From contig OZ037767.1 of NCBI GenBank assembly GCA_964035545.1, positions 25,684,628-25,748,627 on the forward strand: 64,000 bases of DNA, in the 5' to 3' direction. Position 1 is the first letter of the stretch. Each line of letters begins with the position of its first letter. Position numbers and translations under genes: made by a program. This DNA is from Bugula neritina (Eukaryota > Animalia > Bryozoa). This document shows positions 41,301-53,500 of the stretch, in pieces. The notes under the pieces were generated by a model that saw only the letters and a program-made list of their open reading frames with translations, was not told the DNA's origin and searched no databases.

Positions 41301-44300
41301 CATGGTTCTCTCATTGGAGTGTGACACCGATGAGTAAGTTTACCTGCTCTAAAGTTACGTCTAATTCTGTCTGTTTGTTCAAGCACTTGTTTCTTTTACT
41401 CCATTTAGGAGCAGTGGTAAAGAAATTGAGATAGCCTAAGTTCTTTTAATTTCTTTATAAATTTTGGTTTGAGACGCTGGTTGAAATTCTCGAAGGAACA
41501 CAACTTCTTTTGCTAAATTTCTAATCTAGACACAGGCTTTATTCTCAGTTTACTACACCCACCTCTCCTACTCACTATACTTGTATTACATATAGCTGCA
41601 AATATTTCAAAATAATTTTTTGACTTTTACAGCTGTTATATTGAGACAGAAGAAGATTTCCAAAATAACATTCATGTACAGATAGTGTGTGATAACAACT
41701 TTGAGATAATAGTAGATAACATCGATTCAGACGGTTCCAAGCGAATTTCTAGACCTTCCGAGTTTCCGACGGACATCACTACATGCTCAGCCAAGGCTTG
41801 GGGTGTCAACTCTGTTGGCAAAGGTAAAATAATGTGCACGGGCTGATTTATGGTTACTGCAGTTGTTTGCTTTTTAAAGCAACCTGGTGCTTGGTTTAAA
41901 AAGTGTATAGAAAATGTAAGAACTTTAACACATAAATATCCAAACATAAAAATAATCATAGCTTAACAATGATTGCTATTCACACAGATAATTCTAAGTG
42001 ATAGCTAATTTTAGTCACTTACTTCAAGCTATTTCGTAACTAAATGAATGTCAATGAATATCAATATTTGAAGTTTCCCACATTTAAAAGCTAAACTAAT
42101 TTTCTTCATTGCATAATTTAAATGAAACTGATAGATTTGCTTAGCTTCAGAGTGATGAACTTTTCCATTTACCATTTCAATCACGTACATGTATCATGGC
42201 AGCTGCTAATTTTGGTATCACTTGTTAAATGTAGAATAGAGAATGCTGCTAGCTTTCAAAGTGGTGTGAACTAAAATGTAAAACTAATATGTAATACCAG
42301 CATTTAGTAAGAAGTTGTAGCCCTTTTGTAATTTAGTGCAAAAATGATTGAATTTTCCATGTGCTACATGCTGGGACGTGCGACTGTTTTCTTTTCATCT
42401 CTTGAAAAAGCTAATATTTGCGTGCATATGTAATTTATTATGAGTTTTTTGTGTATAGGACCTGTTTCTAAGCCAGTATCGCTGGTGGAGAAGCCGAAAG
42501 AAGACTCTGATCTTACCACAATACTCACTGCTGCCATTGCAGCCTTCCTTCTAGTCATAGTCATAGCCGTCGTCTTTTATTTTTATGGTAAGGCATTTCT
42601 TATTGAGATTATTTTACAAAGAAGACTAAAAAGTTTGAATACGTTTGAGATATTAAAAAGTTACATATAAGCAAGGTTAGAGGCAGCCTAGTAATTAGAG
42701 CAAAAGTCTAGTGTGACACAGGTTATGGGTAATGAGTCATTGGTGATGTCAGAATCTGATCATAATTGCTCCTGGGTCTCAATAAAATCTCTCAAATCGC
42801 GTTCAGTCCTTAGATGGCTTAAGAACTCTTGTAATCAAAAGGTTATCCCAGTAATGGATATACTTTAAACTAACATGAATTTATATTTATAGTTTATATT
42901 TGGAAAATTTTTATAAATGTTCAATTAATTTTATCCAGTGAGAAAAAATAGAAAGAAGAAAAAGCAGGGAAGGGTGAGATATGATGCTCAGATGGTGTCT
43001 GTTGATGTCTCACTTTATGGCACGACAGAACGGGAACGGGCTAAGACCCCTCCTTTCTCATCGCAAGGTCAAGAGTTTAGTCTACCTTACACCTTGACGG
43101 ACAACTCACTGTATGGCACAGAAGGGTGGGTATATGTGCTTTACAATGATATAGAATTGCGTCTGTTATTACTGTACTTGCTAATAATAACTACCGTAGT
43201 AATGGTTTACGTGCAAACTCGATGTTTTTCTAGAAACCTTTCTGTAAATATATTGTTTTCTTTTTAAATTATCAAAAAAGTTATTTATTTGTGAATGCAT
43301 GTTTTCTGTAGATACAAGTTATATAGAATTATTAAATAATGACATTGCATTTGATTTGAAACATGTATACAGATAAACTAACTAAATTCTGTATTTTATA
43401 ATACTCAATTAATATAGGTGCTGAATTTTATAATTGAAAAATGAATGCAATTTATAGCTAGAACTACTTCTATTTTTATCTGGTGTAAATTTGAAATTTC
43501 TAAGAAATGATGCCTAATTGTCATTGCAAACTTGTTTGTATGCATGTGTGTCAATGTGTTCGCATGTTTGCACATTTGTATATGCTTGTGTGTGGGTGAA
43601 TGTGTGCGTGCCTGTGCCTGCATGTGTGGGTGTATGTATGATTAAGTGAAACAAGTAATAAACTGATAGTCTTATGTGTTTGTCAGGCTGGCAGAGATAC
43701 GTCACTCTGTATCAGATGAAATGTCGATGCTCCAATACGACAGGCAGAAACTTCTTCTCACAAAGTTCCTGGGAAGTGGAGCTTTTGGTGAGGTTTATGA
43801 AGGTAAAGCTAGAGACATTGTTACGGCAGACGTTACAACTCTCGTTGCTGTGAAGGTAATTTAATCACAATTTACAGTTTCATTATCAAATGTAATTGTT
43901 GATGCTATTGATCATATTCAAGAAAAAAGAAGCTTTATATTTCTGTGACTTTCAATATACAGTTGAAGTTTTTGATTTGAAACCAAAAGAATAAGTTTTT
44001 CCAATCTGTTCTTTCCATGTTTGAAACTCATTTATCTAACTGTTTCTATGTTTATTTACTAAAAAGCTGCTTCAACTGATAGTTTATGAGTCTATTTTAA
44101 GCAGCAGAGTTAAAGAAAGTTCTACAGTTGAGAATTCTCTAATTATAGCACAGTTTTTTGTGCAAAGTACTAACAGATTTCAAGCTCTTCAGCTAGTATT
44201 TACTTCATTCTCATGTGATTTTGTTGCACACAGACACTACGACCCGATGCATCCCTTCCTTATAAAGAAGAGTTTGTGAAAGAAGCCAGGCTAATGAGTC

Positions 44301-47300
44301 AGTTTGATAATGAGTATATAGTAAAACTACTTGGCGTGTGCATAGACAGAGATCCTTATTACATACTGATAGAGCTTATGAATCAGGGTGACCTTGTAGC
44401 CTTCCTAAGACGCTCAAGGCCAAACAAGGTATCAAGTCTTGCTATATTTTGTAGAAGGGGTTTTATAGATCTGGTTTTGTTAGCAGTTGGTTTTTTTTCA
44501 AAGTTATCAATTATAAATATTTATTTGATATAAAGTGTAGTAAGGAATTTTCAAATCACTTGCATTAGTGTAATAAAAATATTCTACAAAATTTTTTATG
44601 AATGCATTATCTGTGACAAACTAATGTTACTTCCCCACAATTAATTTATGATAAGTGATGCCCATTGCCTTGTTTAAATTTACTGCTTTATTTACTCTGA
44701 GCCTGTGATATGACTTGTTACTCTATAACTATGTAACACATGTGTTTATTGCATCTATTAGAATGTTACGCATTATTAAATTATCTGCAGTTGTAAATTA
44801 TATGTCCTGTGGGTGCTCATACTCATTCTTTGTTTGTTATTTTTATTAAATAAATTATGAAATGAAATAAGAGCAAGTAACATCAATTAAAAAAAACAAA
44901 GATTAAAGTGCCTGTCTGGTTTACCTTTGACCTATTTTAAGAAAAAACAGAAACTTCAATAATATATGTTCAACATGAAACCTTCAATTAAAATTTTGTA
45001 GAACTCTAGTGCCAATAAGGAGCCTGCTAATTACTCTATATACTGAAGCTTTACATTACGTCATATGTTTGATGTTATGAATGTTAACTCACAAACTCAA
45101 AACATACTTTCAACAAATTAATAACTGTTTGTAGTACAGAGCTGGAACTCTCAACTTAGGAGAACTCTTGTCTGTTTGCATTGACGTGGCATCTGGCTGT
45201 GCATATCTAGAGAAGCTTCACTTTGTGCATAGGTGAGTCATCACAGCATCACTTCGGCATCGCTTCAGCAGCATCGTCAGTAATAGCAACAGCAGCAGTA
45301 GCATTAGTAGTAGCCACAGTAGCTACATTAGTAGCAGCAGCGGCAGCAGCGGCAGCAGCGGCAGCAGCGGCAGCAATGATAGTAGTAGCAGCGGGAGCAG
45401 TAATAGCAGTAGCATAGCATTGGCAGCAATAGCAGCAGCATGGTAGTAGCAGCAATAGTAGCAGCAGTGGTAGCAGCAGCAACAGTAGCAGCTGTAATAG
45501 TAATCGTAGTAGTGGTAATAGTAGTAGCAGCAGCAGCAGTTGTGACCATAACATAATTTGAAAAGGCCAGTAGGTGCAGCTGGGGTGTATTTAAAAGCTT
45601 TTGTATTTAAAAGACATATTGTCTAGTAGACTAGTAGCATCTGCAAAAGTAGTATTAATATTAGTTGCATTTTCGCTAATATTGACTCCAACAGTACTTT
45701 ACTAGTTGCATTAGTCATGGTAGTTGTGAAAGTTTTGGTTAGTAGCAAAATTGATCAAAGTGGCATTTCCAGTCAAACAAAATCTCTCTGTTCAAACTTG
45801 TCTTCGTGTTTTAGAGATTTGGCTGCCAGAAACTGCTTAGTTAACCAGGACGCGGAGGAAAGTAAGTACAGAGTAAAGATTGGTGACTTTGGCTTAGCCC
45901 GAGATATCTATAGAAATGATTACTACAGGAAGGAAGGCGAAGCTCTACTACCTGTAAGATGGATGTCACCTGAAGCTCTTGTTGATGGAGTGTTCACCAC
46001 ACAGAGTGACATATGGTAGATATAGTAAAAGTCTATAATAACACAAGGAGCTTTTGTCATCTTTTATATTTAAACATGCGACTTGGTAAAGTGAAAGAGT
46101 AGTTTGTTCAACTACATGTAATAACTGTCTTAGCTTTTTAATGTGCAATATATACAGCAGCAAAATAACGTGTATATACTTGAAAGGGAATTAAATTTAC
46201 AAGTAGTGCACACTAAGTGATTGTACGTAGTTTAATTTAAATTATTTGTGTTGATTTTAAGTAAAAGTAATGTATTTTTTCTATTGAAGTTGTCACTCTA
46301 AGAATGGTGCTCATTATAGATTTTATATGGTGATGTTATTTACATTTTATCAGGGCGTTTGGAGTGTTAATGTGGGAAGTATTCACTTTGGCGATGCAAC
46401 CCTATCCCGCCAGATCTAATATTGAAGTACTGCAATTTGTTACCAATTCCGGCACTTTAGATCGACCAATCAGATGTCCTGAACTCTTGTAAGATTTTTG
46501 ATTAGGTGTATTATGAGAACGAATAATAATTCATTATTTTTCATACTTTATAAAAATGCAGTTTTTAGAAAGTCTTAATTTGAAGTTGTCTTCCTTCTTG
46601 CATAATTGAATTTTCTGATTTACAATGACTCATCCAACATAAAGTTGGTTGCTTCTATCAGCCTGTACTTATAGTTATAAGATTTCCAACAAATTTCTTT
46701 AGTAAATCTGATTCTAAACTCGTTTGGTCCAATTCACGTGTTGCATGTTTTGCAGCTCCATTATTAGATACATTGTAAAATTTTGTAGATTTAAAACCAT
46801 GGCAGAGTGCTGGAATTACGAGCCATCTGGAAGGCCAACGTTCAAAGAGATATTGAGACGGTTGCAGCTCTTTGAATCTGTGCATTTGACTCCAAGAATT
46901 CTGAGAATCTATGATCATTCTAATAGAAAGGTCACTTCAGAGGTAAATTCGCTTAGGATGTTACTAACTTAGAGTGTCACCTGAACAATGTGTCAGTTGT
47001 GCAGTGCTAATTGTTCTAAGTGTGTTATAATAACTTACCACACTGTATATTCAATAGACTAGTAAGTCAAGAAGACCTAGTTTATAAGTAAGAATCACCG
47101 CTGTAAGTTATGAACAATTTAGCAACTTCAGTGAGTTGTCTTTTCAGGGTTTCCTAGATGCTTATTAACTGAATTTCTATTGAGTGTTCTACATCTAATT
47201 GCAGAGTGAGTTCTTTGCCGGCTCAACGTCAAGTGGTGGAGGCATCCTCCCTGCACCCAGTGAATCCCCCGTCTTTTCTCATGAGAATGTTAGCACAATC

Positions 47301-49465
47301 AAAGGTATTGATACTCAAAATATGCTGTGTCTCAAAATTAGAAAGATTTCAAATATTTAATAAATCACTTTCATATCCTAGAATAACTAAGGTTACAATT
47401 AATGACTAATATATTTTAACATAATGATACAAAACAGTGATCAGATGCTACTGTGAGAATGTCAAAGGAGGGCAGCCTATGAGTTGTGGACTTTAGGCAT
47501 TACATGTATTCTAATGACTATAATGAGAAAGTACATTACGTAGCCTGTAGGACGTAGGTTTTGATCTGTTTGTATACATTTGGCACTAGTCATTATTTCT
47601 CACATCTGGGAGTTGTCTGACTACAAAATAAAACCAGTTAAAATGATGCATCACAAATTAAAAATCAAAATTATTTAAAGTTTCCATTTTGATACCTTAT
47701 AGCAGTAAAACAGATCTTCACGTAGATGTACAATCGTTTTGGTATATCAATTTTAATTTAGTTTGTATACAATTACTTCTCAAAATTCTCGAATTTACTT
47801 TATTTTTCTTCGAAAATCCTTGCTTTTTTTTAGTATTAGCCTAAGTCCTGTATTTTTCAACTTTACCAGACTTGACTTCAATTATTAACTCTACTTCTAA
47901 GCTACTACCTCAAAAGTAGTATTAATTTTATACAAAATATTTAGCCATGAGGACTTGACTTCATCCATTAAATACCATTTACGACTTGTTTATTTTCACA
48001 GATGAAGAGGTTATTGAACCTCCCCAGTGCGAGTTTGATAGCGTCTGGTCTCAATCGCCCCCCAAACTCACACCATTTCAATCTATTAAGAACTTGTTTA
48101 GAAAAAAAGGGCCATCACATCTACTAGACCGTGCAAACAGCACTCCTGTAAGTGCTATTGTTCTCAGTTAATTTACTATGTACAAGTATTAACATGGCTG
48201 TCATGTGTTTGGTTTACTTTGCTTTACTGCTGTTAATTGTTTCACAAATACATGTGATGCATTACTACTATGTCATGTTGTAGGTTTCTAGCAATAAAAG
48301 GAAGAAGAATAAGTATATCCGTAGTAAAAGTACAATATCAGCTGATGGCGTTAGCTCTACCAAGACTTTTACACAGGCCGATGGTGCTAAACTGTCGGTG
48401 AACACACACAGTTGTAACGCAATTCCAGGGCATCATTGCAAAGACAGCAACAATTCTTTTAATGTTGACCTTTCTACTAGTAATCATAACCTAGCATCCC
48501 CTCGAGGCCCTGATCTAAGGCTTCGTTCTTTATCCTTACCACCAGTGCAATACTCAAGTATCGCCTTTGACAACCCATCTAATAGTTCCATACCTCCAGT
48601 GCAATATTCAACTATGGCTTTTGGTAATCCACCTAATAACTCCATACCACCTGTACAATATTCAACTATGGCTTTTGGTAATCCACCTAATAACTCCATA
48701 CCACCTGTACAATATTCAACTATGACCTTTGGTAATCCACCGAATGGCGCTAATGACCCTGAGCAAGGCTCTGTGCAATACACTGCTGTGGCATTCAGTC
48801 AACCAGGAGCCACAGAACCATCAACTTCTCAAGAAAATGAAACGCTCGCTGGTAATGCCCCTTCAGCCGAAGACACTGTGCAATATTCAGCTATCGTGTT
48901 CAATCCAGATGCTGATGCTTTAAAGCAGCGTGAAGAACCCAAACAGCCAAATGTTAGTACCACTGCTGAGGCTGAAAGTAAGCTGAAAGAAAAGAAAGAT
49001 GTGCAATACACGACGGTAGTGTTCAGTGACGAGACGCAAGCTTCCTCAAACACTCTTACTGATCAACAGCCCTCTTCCAATAATGAGAGCGGTGAGAAGA
49101 CAATTGACTATGCTACGATGGTGTATAATCCTGAGAATCACATATCTTCAGAAGGTAAGAATACTGAAAGTGACTTTGATGAGCCGAAAACCTCTACTGC
49201 TGCTAGTCTTGGCTCTCTGAACTCTCTCGACAGATTGGGAGTGTCTACAGGAAGTGCATCACCATCTCGCCACAGCAGCAAACAAACTTTGTCAACCCAT
49301 TCTCCTAGTTTAAGTGGCAGTATTGAGAGAACTCCCTTTGGAGCCAAGGTTACCTACACGTCTGAAAAGTTCAAACATTCCCCATCATCTTCTCGATCCA
49401 ATCTTCTGCAGATTGGCGAGGATTCAACTTCTGGTATCTCTAATTCATGTACCAAAACATTGTAA
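23308..49465 (+). CDS. ROS1: ROS1/Sevenless-family receptor tyrosine kinase, about 33 coding exons (long isoform)
   Basis: Signal-peptide exon 23308-23404 ([24 protein letters not shown]). Short linker, YWTD-like propeller and FN3 exons: 23974-24087, 24588-24626, 25132-25349 ([11 protein letters not shown]), 25852-25949 (LVADPYNG), 26128-26320, 26942-27173, 27509-~27667, 28090-28246 (AWSNWTYEL), 28728-28891, 29134-29312 (IAYDWIGK), 30060-30237 ([13 protein letters not shown]), 31166-31361, 31798-31955. FN3 exons: 36953-37128, 37370-37508, 38120-38253, 38510-38660, 39136-39353, 39679-39879, 41092-41333, 41633-41823. TM exon 42459-42587; juxtamembrane 42939-43125; kinase 43687-46942; tail 47205-47304, 48002-48147, 48284-49465. 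Kinase motifs [27 protein letters not shown] and [30 protein letters not shown] are diagnostic of ROS/Sevenless. Strict orthology versus paralogy is not established. Confidence 0.9.
24300..24448 (-). repeat. Old dispersed repeat family (reverse copy)
   Basis: The reverse complement aligns by eye with 17269-17425. Confidence 0.7.
32174..32479. mobile_element. MITE (non-autonomous DNA transposon), about 306 bp, copy A
   Basis: About 55-bp TIRs (ACCCCTAT[C/T]CACACTT.CCGTATCGTACGCCGTAACAGCAAATATCAGCCATTTT), flanked by TTA on the left and TAA on the right. No coding capacity. Homologous to 52990-53285. Confidence 0.93.
33340..33600. repeat. 7-bp-based satellite with a 28-bp higher-order unit
   Basis: (ATAGAATAGAGAATATAGAATTGAGAGT)n. 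It explains ORFs 33297-33680 and 33311-33667. Confidence 0.95.
34468..34537 (+). CDS. Putative alternative first coding exon (signal peptide) of a short ROS-like isoform
   Basis: ATG at 34468 gives [23 protein letters not shown], then a strong donor AAG|gtaagc in phase 1. This joins in frame to exon 36953 to give ...[17 protein letters not shown]. Confidence 0.72.
39885..40100. repeat. Degenerate tandem repeat of about 60 bp directly after a splice donor
   Basis: Repeated AACTTAAG.TTTATATGATACGTAT.CTAGTAGC.TATAG. Confidence 0.8.
40382..40479. repeat. 22-bp tandem repeat, about 4.5 units
   Basis: Unit GCAGGTGGGCTGACAGTTG[GT]GT. Confidence 0.92.
42680..42815 (+). mobile_element. Decayed SINE-like copy
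   Basis: Shares TGATGT...TCATAATTGCTCCTG.G.CTCA...AGTCCTTAG with 58835-58995. Confidence 0.5.
43687..46942 (+). CDS. ROS1: Tyrosine kinase domain exons of the ROS-like receptor
   Basis: Exons 43687-43855, 44234-44428, 45135-45232, 45815-46015, 46354-46488, 46789-46942. All catalytic motifs are intact (GxGxxG, VAVK, HRD, DFG, YxxxYY activation loop). Confidence 0.97.
45255..45545. repeat. Intronic GCA/GTA/GCG trinucleotide tract
   Basis: Lies in the intron splitting the HR|D motif of the kinase. It explains the poly-Ala and poly-Leu ORFs. Confidence 0.92.
48533..48745 (+). repeat. Coding 54-bp tandem repeat (4 units) encoding S[LI]PPVQYS[ST][IM][AT]F[GD]NP[PS]N
   Basis: Directly visible in the DNA and in ORF 48398-49465. 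Confidence 0.95.
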
Positions 49466-50579
49466 CTGAAAATTAATATTTTCCAGTGATAATATCTGAA
49501 TATAGCATTGTATTAGTTTTATACTCAAATTTCTTTATTGATTGGTTAATGCAAGCCAATGAAACTATACATTCATTCATACAAAAATATTTTCGTATTT
49601 TGTATTTACAACTGACAACTTCATATTAATGAATCACACGGTGCCTAACGATTTGACTATTTCATATTAGTTTTGAATAAAAAATGTTATTTTGTTACAG
49701 CCAAATTCCAAGTTGGTTTGCATGTAACTTGCCTTTTTAAGTATAATTCAGTTTAGGCAACACCTTTACTTGGTATGCAATCATTAAAAATTTTGTGAAC
49801 ACATTATTGCTGTAACATTCAGGTATAATGTTATAAACATGATTGGTTTACAATTATTTGTATATATATTTTTTAGTCTCTGAAACAAAAATTTATAAAT
49901 TTGTTTGTTTCTTGTGCATGTAATTATTTTTGCTAAAATATCAATAAACACATCAAACTATAAACTGCAAGCTTTAATCCAAAATTTAAATAAAGATATA
50001 TTATGACAGATTGTTAAAAAGCTGCAAAAATAAAATTATGTTAAAAACTATTTTATTTTAGACATGCGAAATCAATAAATTACCTTTATCTTGACTAATA
50101 TTTTAAACAGAATAATGCTTCTTTATAAAAGTATTCACCTATTTTATCATAGACCTTCAAAATTTTTTGCTAATAACAGTTCTTTTTAGTTATAAAGCTT
50201 ATCAATAAAATTACCTAGGAAACTAGTGTGTGGTGTATAATGTAAACTAAAGGTATTTTCTGTGCACAGTAATATGCTTATAACATTGCAAGTATTTCAT
50301 TCACCATAAGTTTGTCAGCTGATGGTTTTAAAAAAATTGTATGCTCATCGAAAGTCCTGGTAAGTGAGGCAAAAAAGCAAATTACTATTTGATGACAAAA
50401 TTGTGTAAATTGGAGCCTAATTATACATGAGAAGTCAATGGAGAGTATTGAGTATGGAGTAGCGAGTGAAGAGTAGGGAGTAGTGAGTGACAAGTACAGA
50501 ATATCGAGTACGTCAGCCATGCCTACAATAGTCTTTATTTATCACTAAATGAAATTTTCTCAAACTGTAAGTTAAAAGT

Positions 50580-53500
50580 CTACTTTCTTTCAAACAGCCA
50601 CTTTTCATCTTCCAACATGTCTGCCAATTCTGCATTAAAGGGTTTGAAGAACTGATCCAACAGTTGAACAGTCTCTGGCAACACTGGTTTCTCTCTCACT
50701 GCACCTTCATTCCATATTTCATCCATTTCATTAGATTTAACTTTAAAGTTTTCACCAACAAACTCGTAGATCATAGAAACGATCCTTTCTGTATCTTTGC
50801 TGTATTCCTCCATTTTAGAAAAGAAAATTTGCCTCTAAAGACATCAATAGTGTTTGTAACTCATTTCAGCAGGTATTACCATTTTTTGGTTTACATTTAA
50901 GAGAAAACCTCAGTTTAAACAGAATAATATATAAGTAAAACTTATTAATATTCTAGGGCCTAGGCTATACCTTTGGGATGAACTTGAAAACTTCTTTCAA
51001 GTGGGTAGAGTAACAGCTTATCTTAATGTAGTAAACCATAGCCTGATCTTTCATAAAGTGATTGCTTTTGGTATCAACTACAAGACAAGCCCTTTTGCCG
51101 TAAGTCAGTAAACAAGTGTGTAGATGTGAGACGGCCTCCACCACTCTTCTGTGCAGATTATACAGACCAATCATGGCTGCTTCTCTTTCACCACTGTACA
51201 TTATTGTATTTGGAACAGCCCCCTAAAGCGTTACACTCCATATATAAAGATTTGAGGAGGAACAAAGTTGTGTGACATTATTATGATATAGTAGGGCTAA
51301 AATGCTTTCCTATTCATTGAAACGAACTGCCACACATTTATACAATATATCTCATAATCTAGTGACAATACTAGTTATAATATTAGTGATGGGAGTTGTA
51401 TTACCTTAATACAATTAAAAAGATAGGCAGTTGCAGTTTTCCTTACGTTGAAAATTTCAGTGAAACTACTGATCTACATGAGCTACAGACATCATACACA
51501 TGCATGTTCTCACACTGCTAGCACTATAGTCTCCAACCTTACCCTCATGAAATCATAAAATACATGTGACAAAACCCGGTCTGTAGGATTTCTCATGGTG
51601 ATGAGGTATCGGGAGTTGTTCCTCTTGAAATATTCAATGTACTGCAACACACTTCGAACCACTATAGTAGAGCTGTTCTCTGAAACGAAATTATTCACCT
51701 GACCGCAGCCTGGACACCCAATAAATATTCTTGTATCATTTTTTCCTCTGCAAAATACAATTTATGATAAATATTATGTTTAAGTCAATAATAACACTCA
51801 AGGCAGGAGAAAGAGAGGAAAACCAATACATATGTGGAGAGATACCATAAAGTCGGATATGAAAACATAGAAATTTAATAGCAAAGAGTTAAGTGGAAAT
51901 AATTGATTGAATTTGTTATGCAGAACCCTGTTACTTGCAAAGACTAAAACAGATGAAAGTTGAGGGTTTAAAAGCATTCATTATATGTAAAGTTTTATCC
52001 TTTTAGGATTTATTCACTCATTTCGTGTCTTCGTATTAAAATAATGTGCTGGGTTAACAAATATAATATTTATCAGTGAAAAAAATAAAACACTGTTCTT
52101 GAATTCATATCAAATAGTAGCAAGACCAATTTATTAATTAGTGTATAACTAATTGTTCTAAATGACTTCACAAGCTAGTACGAATAGTTGCCCCATCAAC
52201 ATTATTTATTTAATTTTCTATTTGTTTAGCAAAGCCTTGTGTCATCTTCAAAGTAGATAAATGCATACTTTATAAATAGCACATACTTTAAAAATAGCAC
52301 CAGAATTTGTTTGTATGACAATAGGATATATAAACATATTTCCTATGCAATTACTGCTAGCAATACTTTTCTTAGATGTGTAGAAAATACTATTTTCAGA
52401 GCATCATTGAACAATTGAATACTTAAATTTATTTTATTTTGCTCCTGCAGAGTTACAGATGTTTCTCATACTTATGCTCTTACACAATGATTAACCTTGT
52501 ATGATTTTAGCCAAGTCTGCCCAAACTTACAATTTTACAATACTTTTGCCAGCCACACTACTGTCTTGTCACATGCTCATGAATATCAGTTATCACATAC
52601 TACCATCTGTCACAGCTGCTATATAATACATACTAATAAATTAAGCTACACTATCCTGACTATATAATCTAACCACTGTTGCCGTTAATGCAGCAAATAA
52701 CAGAAGAATTCTTCTTTGGTGCAGCCTTTAATGCTTCTGTAGCATAAGATGCAGCTGTGCCAATTGGTAATTCTGAGTGATTTTATGGTTGAGCAATGAG
52801 GGCAACTTTGGTTGCTGGCAATAATTAGCACTACTGTCATGGCAGCAATTGGTGTTGATATTAATAGAACTGTAACAACTATTGAATTAAGAAGTGTTGT
52901 GAATGTAACTATAAGCCTGCACAGTTTTTTTTTGTTAGTTTACGTGTATGACCTCAACAGTATTTTCTATAACAGCTAACTAAGCATTACCCCTCATTCA
53001 CACTTGCGTATGTAGGCCGTAACGTGAAATATCAGCCATCTTTACAAATGTCTGAGCTTCCTGTACGGCGTTGCGGTACGTTATCAAGCACTGCTTGATT
53101 CAAAATTGTTGCAGCGGACTTCTATTGGACAGAAAAACTTTTATGTCAACTTATTAGATACAATTGTCCAATGAAGTGTCATAGATTGTACCTAATAGCG
53201 GACTTTGAAAACTTCAGCCTAGACACATTAAAAATGGCTGATATTTTACATTATGGCCTACGGTACGGCAAGTGTGAATGAGGGGTAAGTTTGTCATTAC
53301 TAGCCTTGACAATGCTTATAAAAATACCAGTAGGTTCACCAAAATAAGCCTGGGTGCTAACATTAGCTTTGAAGAATACTTTTTCCCTGCCGAGTACAAG
53401 TATTCGATGTAGCTCTGTGGACATTTTGGAGTTACTTTCCCGAGAGCCATGAAGTATGGAACTGTATAAGAGGAATACTTTCTCTTCCAGGTGTCAATTT

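Noticed and set aside
45223-45554. Poly-Ala, poly-Leu and poly-Cys ORFs
   Set aside because: Intronic trinucleotide tract between conserved kinase exons (HR|DLAARN).
48484-49347. Antisense and alternative-frame ORFs over the RTK tail
   Set aside because: Shadows of the coding repeat, with no independent signals.
53340-53400. GC-AG intron in the sulfotransferase (CAG|gcttat)
   Set aside because: It fits the phase, but alternative GT donors and acceptors also fit. It cannot be decided without cDNA.
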